From: Pecten maximus
Lineage: Eukaryota
Direction of reading: 5' to 3'
Assembly: GCF_902652985.1 (NCBI RefSeq)
Contig: NC_047029.1
Location: 22,630,001 to 22,694,000 of the forward strand
DNA length: 64,000 bases
The position numbers were made by a program, and so were the translations under genes. Positions 39,477-53,500 of this stretch are shown here, in pieces (position 1 is the first letter of the stretch; every line of letters begins with the position of its first letter). The notes below the pieces were generated by a model, which made no database searches, was not told where the DNA came from, and worked only from the letters and a program-made list of their open reading frames with translations.

Positions 39477-42004
39477 TTTTTCTGGATTTCCCTTTTGCCT
39501 CGTTTTCGAAAAGGGTTATTCCCGTTCTCGTGTGGGATCCCCGGAGTTCCCGCGTGATTGGAAGTAGGTAACTAACTTTCAATTAATTACATTTAGGCGT
39601 TGACAATTTGTTATCTCTACTGCTGGATTCGCCTCTATATCAGTATATCAAAGTGAACTTAGTTAGTCAGAATTATTTAAATGTATAATTTTATGTTGTA
39701 CTAAAAAAGTCAAAATATATGGAGAAGTGTACGTAAGTTGCAAAAAAAAAAATGTGTTATCAATCGGTCATCAATGAGTTTCATGTACACGAGTTTTTTT
39801 TCCAAATATATATAAAACATTCGACACGTCTAAGTTCACTCGTTCTTAAATTGATTGCCAAAGCGATGTTTTTTTTGTGTTTTTTTTTTTTTTTTTCGTT
39901 GTTTTTTTTCTGTTCAAGTAAACTAAATTTCATCAACTTTAATTTTTTCCGCTTGTTAATCTTCTGTCGTTATATGGCAAAAGATCAAAATTATTGTAAT
40001 TATTGTACACCTTTTGTACTTCTTTTTCTCTCTCTCGTATCTTTAGAAATAGATAGACTGATAACGCCAGTCAAACTTGTATACCGAAAACCTACTTGTT
40101 GTCTAAGATTTCAAAACAAATCCCTATGCTAAGTTTAATTACTGAAAAACAAATATGTTGGCCATAAACTGATATTAATAAAACTGATGATAGAAACAAC
40201 TGAGCTGGGTTGATAAATTGGTATTGCTTTGTAAAGATAATTTAAATATTTGTCGGAACTAGACTGACGATCAGATACCCGACTTCGGTATGGATGTAGT
40301 TATACTTGATGACGGGAGTACTGGCCGCGACGATTACATACATCACATGACACTACTTGGCGCCAGTGTATATACATGTATTGTATTTAGAGAACAGAGA
40401 GAAAATACAGAGAAGGTAAAAGTCCACGGAGAAGCACTGCAGCTTAAGAATAAACAGAATCAGCGATGCTTTTTATTGTTTTCCTCACTTCGTTTCGGCC
40501 GGAGTTTCCACAACACAACACTTGGACATTCCCTAGTGTGTATAGCACATTTTGAGGGTTTTGTTTGGAAGGGGGTGGGGGAGGGGAGAGGGGAGGGAGG
40601 GGGGGGGGGGGGGGGGGGGCTACATTAAAAGTCCGTATACATTTGTATGTGAACACTGGGGTGTCATTTTTACCGAATTTTAATCTATCCCAAACCCACC
40701 CCCACCCCCTTTCCGGTGTTCATATACGGAATTTTAATCTAGCCCCCCAAAAATGTCTCAAAATGTGCTATACACACTAGGGGAGGTCAAAATACATGTC
40801 GACTGTAACTAATTCTTAAGTCCCTGCATGTGATGAAATACGGACCTGCATGGTGATTTTTGTTGTTGTTTTCAGACGGGTTTTGGCAAAGACTTCCAAG
40901 GCCTGCATTGCTATATGTATGTCCGTCAAGATATATGACTGAGATATTACATTTAAAAATAGACGAACTGGTTTGTCTGCACAAAGAACAGGTCCCATTA
41001 TTGCAATTCCATACTCTTTATTTGACATAATATACACTAATCGAATGATTGTCCATTTGTCAAATACGTAGTTGTAAAAGCATGGCGCTTTTCACGTTTA
41101 GATATCGCTCTATAGCAAAGACAACATACCCATTTCTCCACTTTCCCTTAATTGTTCCACTTCCCTCGTTTTCTTCTCACATTCGCTTATACAAAATTAA
41201 CCTCTAATAATTCTTTTTTCGGCTCGGCGCGGTATCTTAACAGCTTATCTACTTTAGAAACGGAGAAATATTATAGTTGTAGAGCTTGTTTCTGAACCCG
41301 ATTCATACAGAGAAAATGGTTTACATGTTATGTTCATGTATATATTTATATGAATGAAATAAAGTTTATATCAAGCATAGTATGAAGCGCCATTTTACTG
41401 TCTATCCACTCATTTATATATATTGCTTAGAAACACAAATAACGAAGGAAGACAACTTTACTCATTTATATATACATATATATATATATAACTTTTCTTT
41501 TGTTATCAAAATTCACATTGTTTACATTAAAAAAAAACGATTATCAAAAAAAATTCATGATATAAAAATAATAATGAATAAATAATAAAACGGCGCCCTG
41601 TTATCAAATTTATTAAATAATTTTATAAATTGATATCAAGAATTTGAATTTTTTATACAAAACAATTAAAAAAAGAATTTTTGATATATATATAAAAAAA
41701 AAACAAGTTAATACAGTAAAACGGTAGGGGGCAAACTTAGAAACGCCTTCTCCCAAATATTTCCTATGAATACTCGATCGGTGCTCTAGCTATTTATTTT
41801 AGACAAATAAACATTTGATATGAAAATTACCAAAATCTTATTGTTATTCCTTATGATTTGTTACTTATATAAGTCCAAACTCACATATTTGCGCGAAGTA
41901 TGGTGTTTTCAAGGTCATCATTGCCTATAGATGTACATTGTTTTATTGGTCCCAACAGGATACAAATGTAGCATATGTTTCTTTTATTAGTAACAACCAA
42001 AAAT

Positions 42005-42160
42005 ACTTCCGGTATATGACGTCACGATCGGGATCGCCATATTTAGGATTGGCGAAGTGACTAACTCCGAAAGCGTACCCAAACAGAAGGATTTATCATC
42101 AATACTGGCGTAAGTTATCGAACACGACTGCATTTGGATCCATTTGGTTCTTCTGGTAAG
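42005..42160 (+). promoter_or_regulatory. Probable integrin beta promoter and non-coding first exon
   Basis: ETS site ACTTCCGG (about 42005), perfect CRE TGACGTCA (42017-42024), ATTGG box, CpG-rich. Two candidate donors gtaagt at 42110 and 42156. Confidence 0.5.
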
Positions 42161-43091
42161 TCGAATAGATTTTATCTTGTCTTGATTATATTGGAAATCA
42201 CTCATAAACTCGCAGATGTAACCGACCCTGGGCAATGTTAGATGGCCTACTGCTGAGACTACTGTGAGGCTGTGAAAAAGAGGTCACGTCAAAAATATCC
42301 ACTGTGCATGTACACAAAGAACAAACCAGTCTATGTTTGGTACGTTACTGATATTTAGTATGTGTTAGTCACAATTAATTACCTCTTGGTTAAATACTAG
42401 CCCGAGTAATGTTCTCGGTAAACAGTTTGACGAGTACGGCGACCTAGAGTTATCCCCACCCCGGTCCCAGACCTCACCTCTCCCCATCGGTCACACTCCT
42501 AATGAAACTAGAGATGGTCAGTCAACCCGAATACTTCTACTAGGCCTATGGAGCCGTTATTGCATGCTTGTCCCTTGCATTAAAAAAATGGTGGAGCAAA
42601 GATTCGGGGATTTCCCTATGGAGTAGCGTTTCCTATTACTTCTATTTTTGAAAGTCAGGTCAATAAACTTCTGCAGCATATTTATCTAGGAACACTAACT
42701 GCTAATACTATACATGTACTTTATTCCTCATAATAAAGATATATATTAGCCTTTTTAATTAGCTGTAAATTGATAGATTGTTGCATAGCTGTGGAGAAAT
42801 TGAAAATTTTGCCTACCATGATATTTTTAATGTTTTCAACTTTCATTTTGCATTATATATCATGAATAATAATTTACACAAGGCTGCAATACATAGGTGT
42901 TTTCTAACAAGTAATGCTTGTGGTGTACATAACTTGTTTATTACCAACTTAATCTGATACTCTGATTTTCAACAATGTGTAGACTGTAGAACAGAATGCA
43001 CAAAATTACGTATACGGATTGTATAGACTGATCATGCATGACATGTACTTCCAGTTCTGTGCAAAAATGATGCAAAATATGATATTGATAT

Positions 43092-43515
43092 TGTAACAGA
43101 GCGCATGATAAATTGAATTTAAATCACTGCCTCCGCTAGGGATCGAACCCGGGACCTCTGGCTTACTAGTCTTACGCTCAACCGATCGAGCTAAAGAGAA
43201 GATCTCTCTAGCCGAGCGGTATATTGCGGCTAGTATTTACCAGGGTTACATACTCCCCTTCCAGGAAAGAACTCGTCCTCGAGTTTTCCAGGGGTAACAG
43301 CGATGCTTTTGCAAGCAGCGATGAGTATCATTCCCGAGTCCCTACATGGGCGCCAATGTAACAGAGCGCATGATAAATTGAATTTAAATCACTGCCTCCG
43401 CTAGGGATCGAACCCGGGACCTCTGGCTTACTAGTCTTACGCTCAACCGATCGAGCTAAAGAGAAGATCTCTCTAGCCGAGCGGTATATTGCGGCTAGTA
43501 TTTACCAGGGTTACA
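43092..43515 (-). mobile_element. Complete 424-bp TRIM with tRNA-like LTRs (Helenus-type)
   Basis: Two apparently identical 159-bp LTRs (43092-43250, 43357-43515) with TGTAAC...GTTACA ends; 4-bp TSD ATAT; tRNA-Lys-like PBS TGGCGCCCATGTAGGGAC (43355-43338); PPT GGAAGGGGAG next to the second LTR; A box TAGCTCGATCGG and B box GGTTCGATCCC inside each LTR. Confidence 0.92.
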
Positions 43516-44176
43516 ATATCATTAATAGTTTACCATTATTTTACAAGAAGCTGCATGAAAGGTTGGGGTTGACAATGATTTCTGCAGGATTATCACAATC
43601 ATGAAAATTGTAGAAATATTTCTATAAATAAAAACATGAAATAAAATATGAAAATAACCGTTACATTAAAGCATTCACAAGATCAGCATTGTAGAGCTTT
43701 TGAGACACCGCTAATGGAACAAATCTTGGATGTTGGAGGAAAAGCTCACAGGGGAAAACAATAAAGCAAAATGTGTAATATAATTAGTGGGGAAACCACG
43801 TGCACTAACCCAACTGACATCATCCTTTATCTCCAGTGCATGTCAAACCCATATACTGTATATATGTTCTTGGCCAAGGGGAGCTCCAGAGTGCTCTGAG
43901 GCTCATGCTTGACTGCTCTCATCATCCAAGCAATATATTCAACTGTATGTCAGCACATTAACTATCATGGCTACTGTATATAAGGCTCCACATTATAATG
44001 ATTAAAAAAAACAAGATCCATTCATTCATATGTAATGTGTCAGGAAAAGTCCAAATAAAGAGAAAAAAAAATAGTTCAGACTGAATTTCTTTACCAGAAC
44101 ACCTAAAATATTTATTGTTAAACCACATTTAGCATACTTTTAGTTTATTTAAATGAGCTGTTTCTTTAGATATAGA

Positions 44177-44310
44177 GGCTGAGTGGTGTACCAACACTTT
44201 GTCACTAGCCCTCCACCTCTGGGTTGCGAGTTCAAAACCCATGTGGGGCAGTTGCCTGGTACTAACCATGTAGGTTGTGGTTTTTCTCTGGATACTCCAG
44301 CTTTCCTCTA
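44177..44310 (+). mobile_element. Truncated copy of the same SINE
   Basis: cactagccctccacctctgggttgcgagttc...tttttctctggatactccagctttcctc matches 21757-21975. Confidence 0.75.
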
Positions 44311-47300
44311 TTTGTAGCAGACTTTTAATATAATGTTACTGTTGTAAGGGAGGTAATTCTGCAAGATTAAGGTAATCGGGTCAGTGTATTCTTCATCCTG
44401 ATAATTATAACATTTCACCTGGAAGACTATTAGACTACATGTAGATTAATTTAAGCAGTACAACAACAGATGTGATCTGTGGAAAAAATATATTAAGATT
44501 CTGATAATGTGTGTTGCATAATTTTTTTTGAAAAATTGTTGATATTACAATTTTTCTTGGAAGTCTTTGTAATAGACTGTAGAATATATTTCCTTCAAAA
44601 GAACAAGACTGTTCATTTTACCTGAGCTTTACTATAAAAATCATTATATATATAACTGCTTAAAGATTTCATCATCATGGTAGACAGTGCAGAGAATAGA
44701 GCTTCATAAACAATATTCTCAAAAAAAAAGATGAACAAAATTCATGACAATTTTCATGAACCTCCAATGACCAAATTGAAGGTGAACTAAAAGTGACAAT
44801 ATTCCTTGCTAATTGATCTCCTCTGTATCATTTCAATTTTGATACGTGAATTCCAAAGCAAGTAATAAATATGGAATGTTTCACAAATTTTCGTGATTAT
44901 AAAAAATATTTGTAACTGCCAGATATGTTAATTATGTTATACAAATTTACAACACACCAAAAACTGTGTTCTTGTCTGTATAAACGTTGAACTGTACATG
45001 TGTCGTTCAGTATGATTGGATTATTCGATCAAATACGGACTGTGTTGTCCCATAGACTTTTGTAATCTATTTAATTTGTTCTGGTTTTAATTTGAAAATG
45101 AAGCTTTAATAAAGCTTAAAGTTTCCTTGTCTGTTAGCTGAATTATATGATGAAGATACAGTCTCTATTTGGTTGTTACCATACCAGGAGTACACCTTCT
45201 CATGTACATATAAAGATTGATTAACAACAAATGCTTCCTGAACTAATGGATTCTGAAGTTTTTAGCTCACCTGGCATGGCCCGGCCAGAGGGACGAGGCC
45301 CAGTAGGGGAAACTTAGGGGTAAATCCTTTAAATCCAATCCCTATATACTAGTCCTGAAAGCCTGAATGGATTTTGATGAAATTTTGTTTGGAGCATTAT
45401 TAAGGGCAAATGAGATCTAATGTTGTATAAACTGAGGGTGTGTCTCCCCTGGGGCTGGAGGGGTGGGGTCCAATAGCAGAAATTGAGGAAAATTCTTAAA
45501 TCACTGCTAGTCCTGAATGCTTGAATGGATTTTTATGAAATTTGGTATGGAGCATTATAAATTATTGGACAAAGGAAATGTAATGTATAAAAGGAGGGTG
45601 TGTTGTGTGGCTCCAAAGGGAAAAAGAGATCTAAAATTATATAAACAGAGGGTGTGGCTCCCTTAAGCTGCTAGCTTGGGACCGGGAAATCATTTAAATC
45701 CAACATTTTATGACAGATTGATATCCCAAAGTCCAAAGTAGTGTGAAGGTCAATGAACAGTCAAGCTTATAACTCTATACATATATATCTAACCTTAAAA
45801 TTATTTTCATTATCCATAACCCACTATATATGGTCTAGCTATATAGCTAGCTGAAGTTATTACCTTTGTCACAGGAATATGGTACTGGTATACGGGTGCG
45901 GTGTATATAGTATAGCTATAACAGGTAATTCATACCTGATAATATTATTTTCATATATTGGTATATAACAAAAATCATGGTGAAGTCTATACAAATATAT
46001 GTACCAGGTATATGTAGAATGTGAAATATGACACTGCAGTGATACGGAAATCTAATCCCCGCAAAATTGTCCCTGACTAGCTATATAGGACAATCACAAA
46101 ACTTTACACATGAATAAAAATTCCAGTGACCCCATAACTTGAGTAGAACCTATAGATATTTTATTTCACATCTGTTAATTCTGCCTACGTAAGAATTGGT
46201 TCATTTGAATTTGAAGAATATTGCTTTTCTCCAGGATTTCAATATGTTGTAAACCATGTTTATTTTTGTAGAACCCAAACTTATTTCCATTATACAGTCA
46301 TACAGATGATTGGTCGATGGCCCCTGGGCCTCAATTTTTTCATACGTTACAAAAACATAAATTTAGCCTTCAATACCAGATGATTGTGTTGTCTATTCAG
46401 GGAGGATTTCAGATCCCATAGACTTTTGTCAGTCATCCTATATGTATGTATAGATCTATGTACACTTGAGCTATATATAGATATACATAAATACTGTACA
46501 TGTACACATCATTATACTGTATAAGATATTTTTCAGTCGTATGTATGTACTATCTACACACAGCCTTGTATTAACTGTATTGGTGCCAATTGTGAACGAG
46601 GCATGGAATTGCTAGCCAAGCATGAAACCAAAAAAATATTGATGTAGCTAGTTTCTGTCTGACATTTATTTTGTATACAATGGCTGGCTCTATAGTTAGC
46701 CTGTATATGTATATATATGCTGGCTGTAATTCATTTAATGCCTTATATAAGCTCAGTAACTACTCTACATGGATATTGATCCAACTACTGTGGTATAGGA
46801 GTTGTTGACTAAAAGTTGTAATCCTGTATGCTCCTCCCATATAAGTCAAATAGAATCAACGATTAGTCTATACATTTTTATTTGTCAAACAAATTACAGT
46901 GTGTGTCGCGTACGTCCCATTAATCAGTATCTGTTAACTAATAAGGTAAGGTAAAATGCGGGTCGGGTCCCGATAAATAGATTGCTGCATACCTGCAAAT
47001 TTTAAGTTTTGGAGACTGAATTCCCTACGATGCTCCCCCCACCCCCACCCCCCAATAAAAATAATTAAGGAAAATCTAAGGGGAGAGGGGGTTACTATAT
47101 GGCTATACCAGCAGCAGTTGAAATCACAAAATTTGCATTTACAAGCTAGTAATTCTTCAGTATATATATAGTATAACCAGATTTAAAGTAAGTGGGTTTT
47201 TAGCTGGATACCCACAAATCTAGATGTAATAATGTTAAGTTCATGAAATTGGTCAGCCTCGAAGAAATTTAGATGTTTTTCCTTGGGAATCCTGACCCCA

Positions 47301-47490
47301 TTAATCATGCATATGTTACTATGAAGTACTGTAGCTAGATTGGTGATTGACTGTGTCTAGATAAATCCGGTCATGTAAAATGGCTCCCAATTGGACATAT
47401 GTTGTGTGTGTAATGTCAGCAAATGGATTTATAAATCAATTAACATTGCCTGTTATTATAGCATTTCTCTGCCCTTTACAGATATTCATC

Positions 47491-47584
47491 ATGAAGTTTG
47501 CTGCTGTGGCTTTCCTGGCCACCCTGCCATACATCTTTGCTGTGTCACCAAACCCACAAGTGCCAGCAACTCCAGGGGCCCTGA
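47491..47584 (+). CDS. Integrin beta signal-peptide exon
   Basis: Acceptor tttacag|47482; ATG at 47491; donor A|gtgagt. Confidence 0.82.
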
Positions 47585-50500
47585 GTGAGTATAAACCGTT
47601 ACTGTCACATAACTAAGTATATACCATATAGTGTAACGGAACTACCCTCAACTCCAGGAGCCTTGAGTGAGTATAAACCGTTACTGTTATATAAGTATAT
47701 ATCATAATGTTTGATGCATGAGTAAGTATAGTTTAACTGTTTCACCGGTACCCTACGTATACCCACAAGTATACCTTAAGCTTACTGTCTCCCAGCCAAG
47801 AATTCCCCACAACTCCAGAGACCCTGATGAGTATGTTTAGTGTCACCCTAGCTACCCACAAGTAACAACTACTCCTTGAACCCTGAGTAAGTAAACTGTC
47901 TCCCATCTGAGAAGTCCCCACAAATCCAAATCCCACAGTACCAGTAATATTATATAACCCACAAGTTCCTATAAATACGAGTCCCTGAACAAATATGTTA
48001 TCTATCTACATAAAAAATCTCATGATATTAATTATAAGACTTTCACAATATAAAGTCTTCACATGTACCTGTGTAAAAGAGCTAGTATAGCAGAGGAAAC
48101 TCTAGCTACTAGAACATGTAGTTGATTGTACATTTGATGTGTTTAAATTTTTGCTGTCCTTCAGAGACTTCCTTCCTTATAGGTGAGATCAGCAAAAGCA
48201 ATGACTATTATATGTAATCTTTCAATATATGATTGTATGAATATATAATCAAATTTAGCACATGTGTTATAGGAAGATATTTTTTTTATTGACACTCATT
48301 ATGTTGTATGTGGAACATAAACCCACAATCAACATGCATATGGTACCCCTAATAAATATAACCAAGGGATACGTATAAATATGTCATAAACCCACAATCC
48401 ATATGGTACCCCTAACCAAGGGATACATATATATATAATACATCGGGTATCTATAGCTGTTTTACCCACAGTGCCATGCATGGTGATCACGACCTCTGCA
48501 TAGGTTTTGATGTCGTATAGTATACATACTATGACATGATCATATGAGCCCAGCGACTTCTCTGTATACTGATGACCTGTATATATTTTATAGATATATG
48601 TAAAACTACAGGCCATAATTATCAGCAGTGTTTTTGTTTGGCCTGTTTTACCACCGAATAATGATTGTTTCTCCTAGGCCAAAAATGTTGTATTTTCCCA
48701 AAATTTCAATGAAGTTTCCCAATTATCAAAGTTGAAAAAAATTGTTTTTAAATGATAACATCGCGAGTTCCGAAGCCATAAAGTATTTTCCAAACCTAAC
48801 TAATATGAACGTTATCACTTCAAACATGCAACATCATCCTGTAGACCTAGAGGCGTGCGATCTTTGTTGTTTTAGATCTTGATCATTAAAACGATTTGTA
48901 ATAGATGTCAGTGATTTCAAGTGCTCAAATGATGCAGACATCGTAAAACCGAATACTACACAAATGACAGACTGAAAAAAATCATGAAGGTCTTGTTAGA
49001 ATTAGTGATACATTATTTAGGATACTGATAGTTATTATCCAAATCATATATTGATATACATGTATATAAGTATTCTACTCAAAAATATGTGTACATACAG
49101 CCGCCCTGTGCGGGGCTTGCTACATTATCAACTGTAGACTCATGACTAGGAGGGATTTCTTATACCCTGTCAGAGTGCAGTGCATGCAGGGTATGAATAC
49201 TCATTCTTACCGGGATTTACCACCTGAATATATAGGGAGCTTTCGTCGACTGATTAAGAGGAACTTGTTGATCTTTTCAAAGGATTAAAACAACGAATTC
49301 AGAACTTTACTAGCAACAAGTGATATCTCACCATGCTGGCATAATATATGGGCACATGATGATTTTAAACCACTCATAATGTGTTCTTTTTGTAGCAAGT
49401 GATGTTTAGTTTAATAATGCTGAAAACATGATGAACTATATATTAATAAATTTATTTGACAAAATCAGTGCTGTTTTTTTTGGCAATTTGGTATTTTCCC
49501 AAATTTCTCAAAATGTCGATGAATTTTCCCAACTCAAAAGCCACGTGAGGCTGAAAAATAATGGGAACAAAAACACTGATCAGTTTACAATGTCATGTCC
49601 ATGATCTTTATATAATATATATATATACATGTGCCTAAACTAAACTGAGTGATAATAATTGCCTACTGTAATATTATTATATCTTGTTAAATAACACTAA
49701 CAGATATATGTTACATTTCATATAGATGTAATTGATCAGCATGCACATGTATTTTATACAACATATCTACAATGTATTTACAAATGTAGATATCCATAAT
49801 TGGCTAGAAAAGATGATTTCTTGTGAGACTCGCCAATATGAAATATGCCAATCAAATTTTAGGTTATACAAAGTTTGTATTACAAATATGCTAGTAAAGT
49901 GGTGATGTCACTTCAAATTCAGATTAATTTAATTTTCATTGGAAAAAAAATTGTGTACTGCTATAATTTATATCATGAAATGTTTTTTGTTTATACTCAT
50001 CATCATGATCATGCTTCGTTTTTATGTGGTTGATATTAATAGTTGTTGCTAGGGATATCTATAAATATTTGTTCCACAAAATATCTTAATTACCATCAAA
50101 TATTTGTAACAATTTTCAACATTTTACAACATTCAAATTATGTATCTCTTGGCATTATAGACTGTTGCATACTTATTTCCTGGAGTTATGGTCCTTTGTT
50201 GTGAAAATTCCACCATTAATATAATGACACCTGACTTGGGTTATACTAAATAAATCTAGATGAAAACAGACTACTGATCAGAATTTTGAAGCCTAGCGTT
50301 CTGGGTCAGTATACTAGATTCAGATATACTTATAGCATAAAGCTTACACCTACCTGGGTGTACATGTACATGTTGTGAGAGTGCAGCAGAAGGTAACTGA
50401 TTATACATAGTCTGGTTTAGACAGAAATCACTTACCACACATGGTGTGACATTATTTAACAATTTGTTTTGATGTATACAGACAAAGGCACCCTGACTGT

Positions 50501-53500
50501 AGATAAAGCCAACCCATGTATCGGGGCAGAGACCTGCGGCATGTGTATGGAAAAAGGCAAAGACTGTGCATTCTGTACGGCAACGGTAAGTCATGTGTCA
50601 ATTTCATAATAGATTCTTCATAAATGTGAATAATGAATTGACAATCCCGTAGTACAGAGGAGAAATCAAAGGTTTCCTAACCGGTTAAAGTGCATAGAGG
50701 AGAAATTATAGATATCCTAATTAAGTACACATACTCCAGTGAAGATTGGGTATAGCTACCCAGATTCAGTGTTAAACTGTTATCTAGTAGATATGTTTGT
50801 ATAAAACACTTTCATTGTATTATTATAAATTAGCCCCCTACCGCTGAAACTGGGGGGTGGGGAGCTTTAAGTTTCCTCTATGTCCGTCTTATATGTACGT
50901 AACACTGCAGTTCATCAGCGCTCTAGAAGCTTCATTCCTTGAAGGATTTTGATCGAATTTCACAGAATGATAAAGGACCATACCATCTCGTACAAGTTTC
51001 AGCCTGAGGGTTTTTGGGTTAAGGTTGATGTTATTGCCTACAATCAACTCAGTTCCAGACTCTGACTGACTCCAGTGGTCATCAGGGGAACTGTTTTTTG
51101 GTGGGAACTGGTAGGGGACATGTATTACTTTAGCGATACCCAGTAGATATATAGGCTTGTTTTATTATGTTTTAATATGTTTTTATATAACAGTTTTACT
51201 GTTAGTATACAATATGTTTGTATTTTACAGTTTTATGACAAAGAGAATCTACCTCGCTGTGACCTGAAGTCTAATCACATCAAGAGAAACTGTCAGGGGG
51301 AGGATTTGTACGGTCCAGACAGCGACCTCACACCAATCAGGGTAAACTTTCTCCTACTGATTACTGATTCATGTAAAACAATATACTTGATGTGGCAGAT
51401 TTTAATCAAGGTTGTGGTTATTGAATATAATTACCATCCAGACAATGTTTTACAGTTTGGGATGACCCAAGTGTCTTGGGGATTGCATATAGGTCATTAG
51501 CACTTTTAAAACATTCAAGATGATAATTCACAAAATATTAATTCGATTGTGAATATGTGTATTGATATGTTTATAATTTTGATTTTGGATATCTATAATA
51601 GATTGTGCTGTACATTATATTCGTAAAAATTTCGCCGATTTGTTCCAGGATGATGAGGTAAAAAATGGAGGTGAAAACATCGACATTGAGCCTGCTATCC
51701 AGATCCAACCTCAGGAGTTGACCCTTAAAATTAGACCGAGTAAGTTTTGATAAATGTGCCTGAGAAACAAGATATTACTTTTGTTCGGCCTAAGTTTGAT
51801 AAAATAAACCTGAATTATTGGAGGTTGTACGTAGATAATTTGGTTTGTCTGAAGATTATGAATATTATGAAAATAAATCAATGCATATATTGCAGATTAT
51901 ATAAGAAATGAAAATTACTATAACTAGTTTTTATACAGTATTTGTACATTAACTGCACTTCATGATCGACCTACATTCTGTTACATCCGATTTGTTCGTT
52001 ATTCAGAGATGTTCGTTTTTTAGAAGGTTCGGTTTTCAGAAGTTGCACTGTATACCAAATTACCATTGGTTTTGATATGTCACTAAACTTAAATGAAAAC
52101 AAAAACACATTTTATGTTAAATAAATCTTATGTGAAATAATTAAATAATAAATTCTTAAACTCTGACATAGTCATTAAATAGCCATCAAATGTCAAACAC
52201 AATTCATAATGTAATCATATATCTGGAGATATGGTCAGATATAACTTAGATTAACATATATTGCATCTCTTGGTTTACAGAAAAATTGAAAAATCCTTTC
52301 CCAGCTAAATATTTAAATCACATACTTGAGAAAAAAAATCTTGTGTTGAAATTCTTCTTATTATCACCTGAAAAATAACTAAATATGGTGTTTTTAATCT
52401 ATTATCAATGTGTAATATTTCTGTATTCTCTCCATAAATCATGTTTAAATATCCTGCCTTAAACAATGAATGGTCACAACAATTCTAACGACCTTTGTCT
52501 GTAACATGTTTGAAAGACTGCGCAATTGCCTCACTAGTGGTATCAAACATAATATCCAATGTCTAAATATATTCGTTGTGTACTATATTTTATGTATAAT
52601 TTCCTTGTTCACTTATGAATACTTGTGTTTACAGATGATCCCCAGAAGTTCAAGTTGACGTTCCGCTTGGCTGAGGATTACCCCGTGGACCTGTATTACC
52701 TTATGGACTTGTCACACTCGATGAAGGATGACAAAGAGAGACTTGCCTTACTTGGAACTGAAATCGGTAACTATTACAACAGAAGTCTCCTGGTATTTAT
52801 CATGAGCTGCTGTTTTTGTCACTTGCGTATTTTAAATTCCTGTTTCATGACAGCTACTTAGGAAAAAGTCATAGATTGAATGGAGGTAATGGTAGATTTT
52901 AGAACTTCAGTTCCATTTTTTATTTGCATAAGAAACAAAAGATAATTTATTGCTTGCACAAAACTATAAATTATAGAAGTAACTAGTGAGCACCATGTAT
53001 TACACTACATATGAGATGAAGAGGTCTAATAAATTGTTCATGGATTCTAATTAACTTTTATCTACTGGTACATTGGGTAACTTCTCAAAACAGCAAATTT
53101 AAAGTATATATTGAGTCATAAAATTACCCTGAGAATGAAAATTAAGATTATTTTGATAACAGTGAGATGCAGAAGATAATACCTGTCTGATGGATGTGTG
53201 TTACTCTATGTATATTTATGTCATCATATGACCAATTTATATCTTTTAAATCTGCTTGTTGTATTTTGCAGCAAAGAAGATGAAGGGCATTACTAAGAAC
53301 TTTCAGTTGGGTTTTGGATCGTTTGTGGACAAGGTGGTGATGCCATATGTAAGCACAGCCCCGTCCAAGTAAGTGTTATCACAATGAATCTCCTACTTGC
53401 TCTTGTAGATCATTCCATATTGGTGGTTTGTTTATTTTTATTTTTTTTCTCCAGATGCTCTTGTGTTATAGATTCTTCAGATTTTATTACAGAGATTACT

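Noticed and set aside
40570-40620. G-rich tract, also poly-G at 493-514
   Set aside because: Simple low-complexity runs. G-quadruplex formation is possible but there is no evidence of function.
45260-46340. Degraded Helentron-like remnants (similar pieces at about 17630-17900, 22160-23500, 34550-35400 and 50830-51150)
   Set aside because: Only scattered motifs are recognisable; boundaries cannot be supported without alignment.
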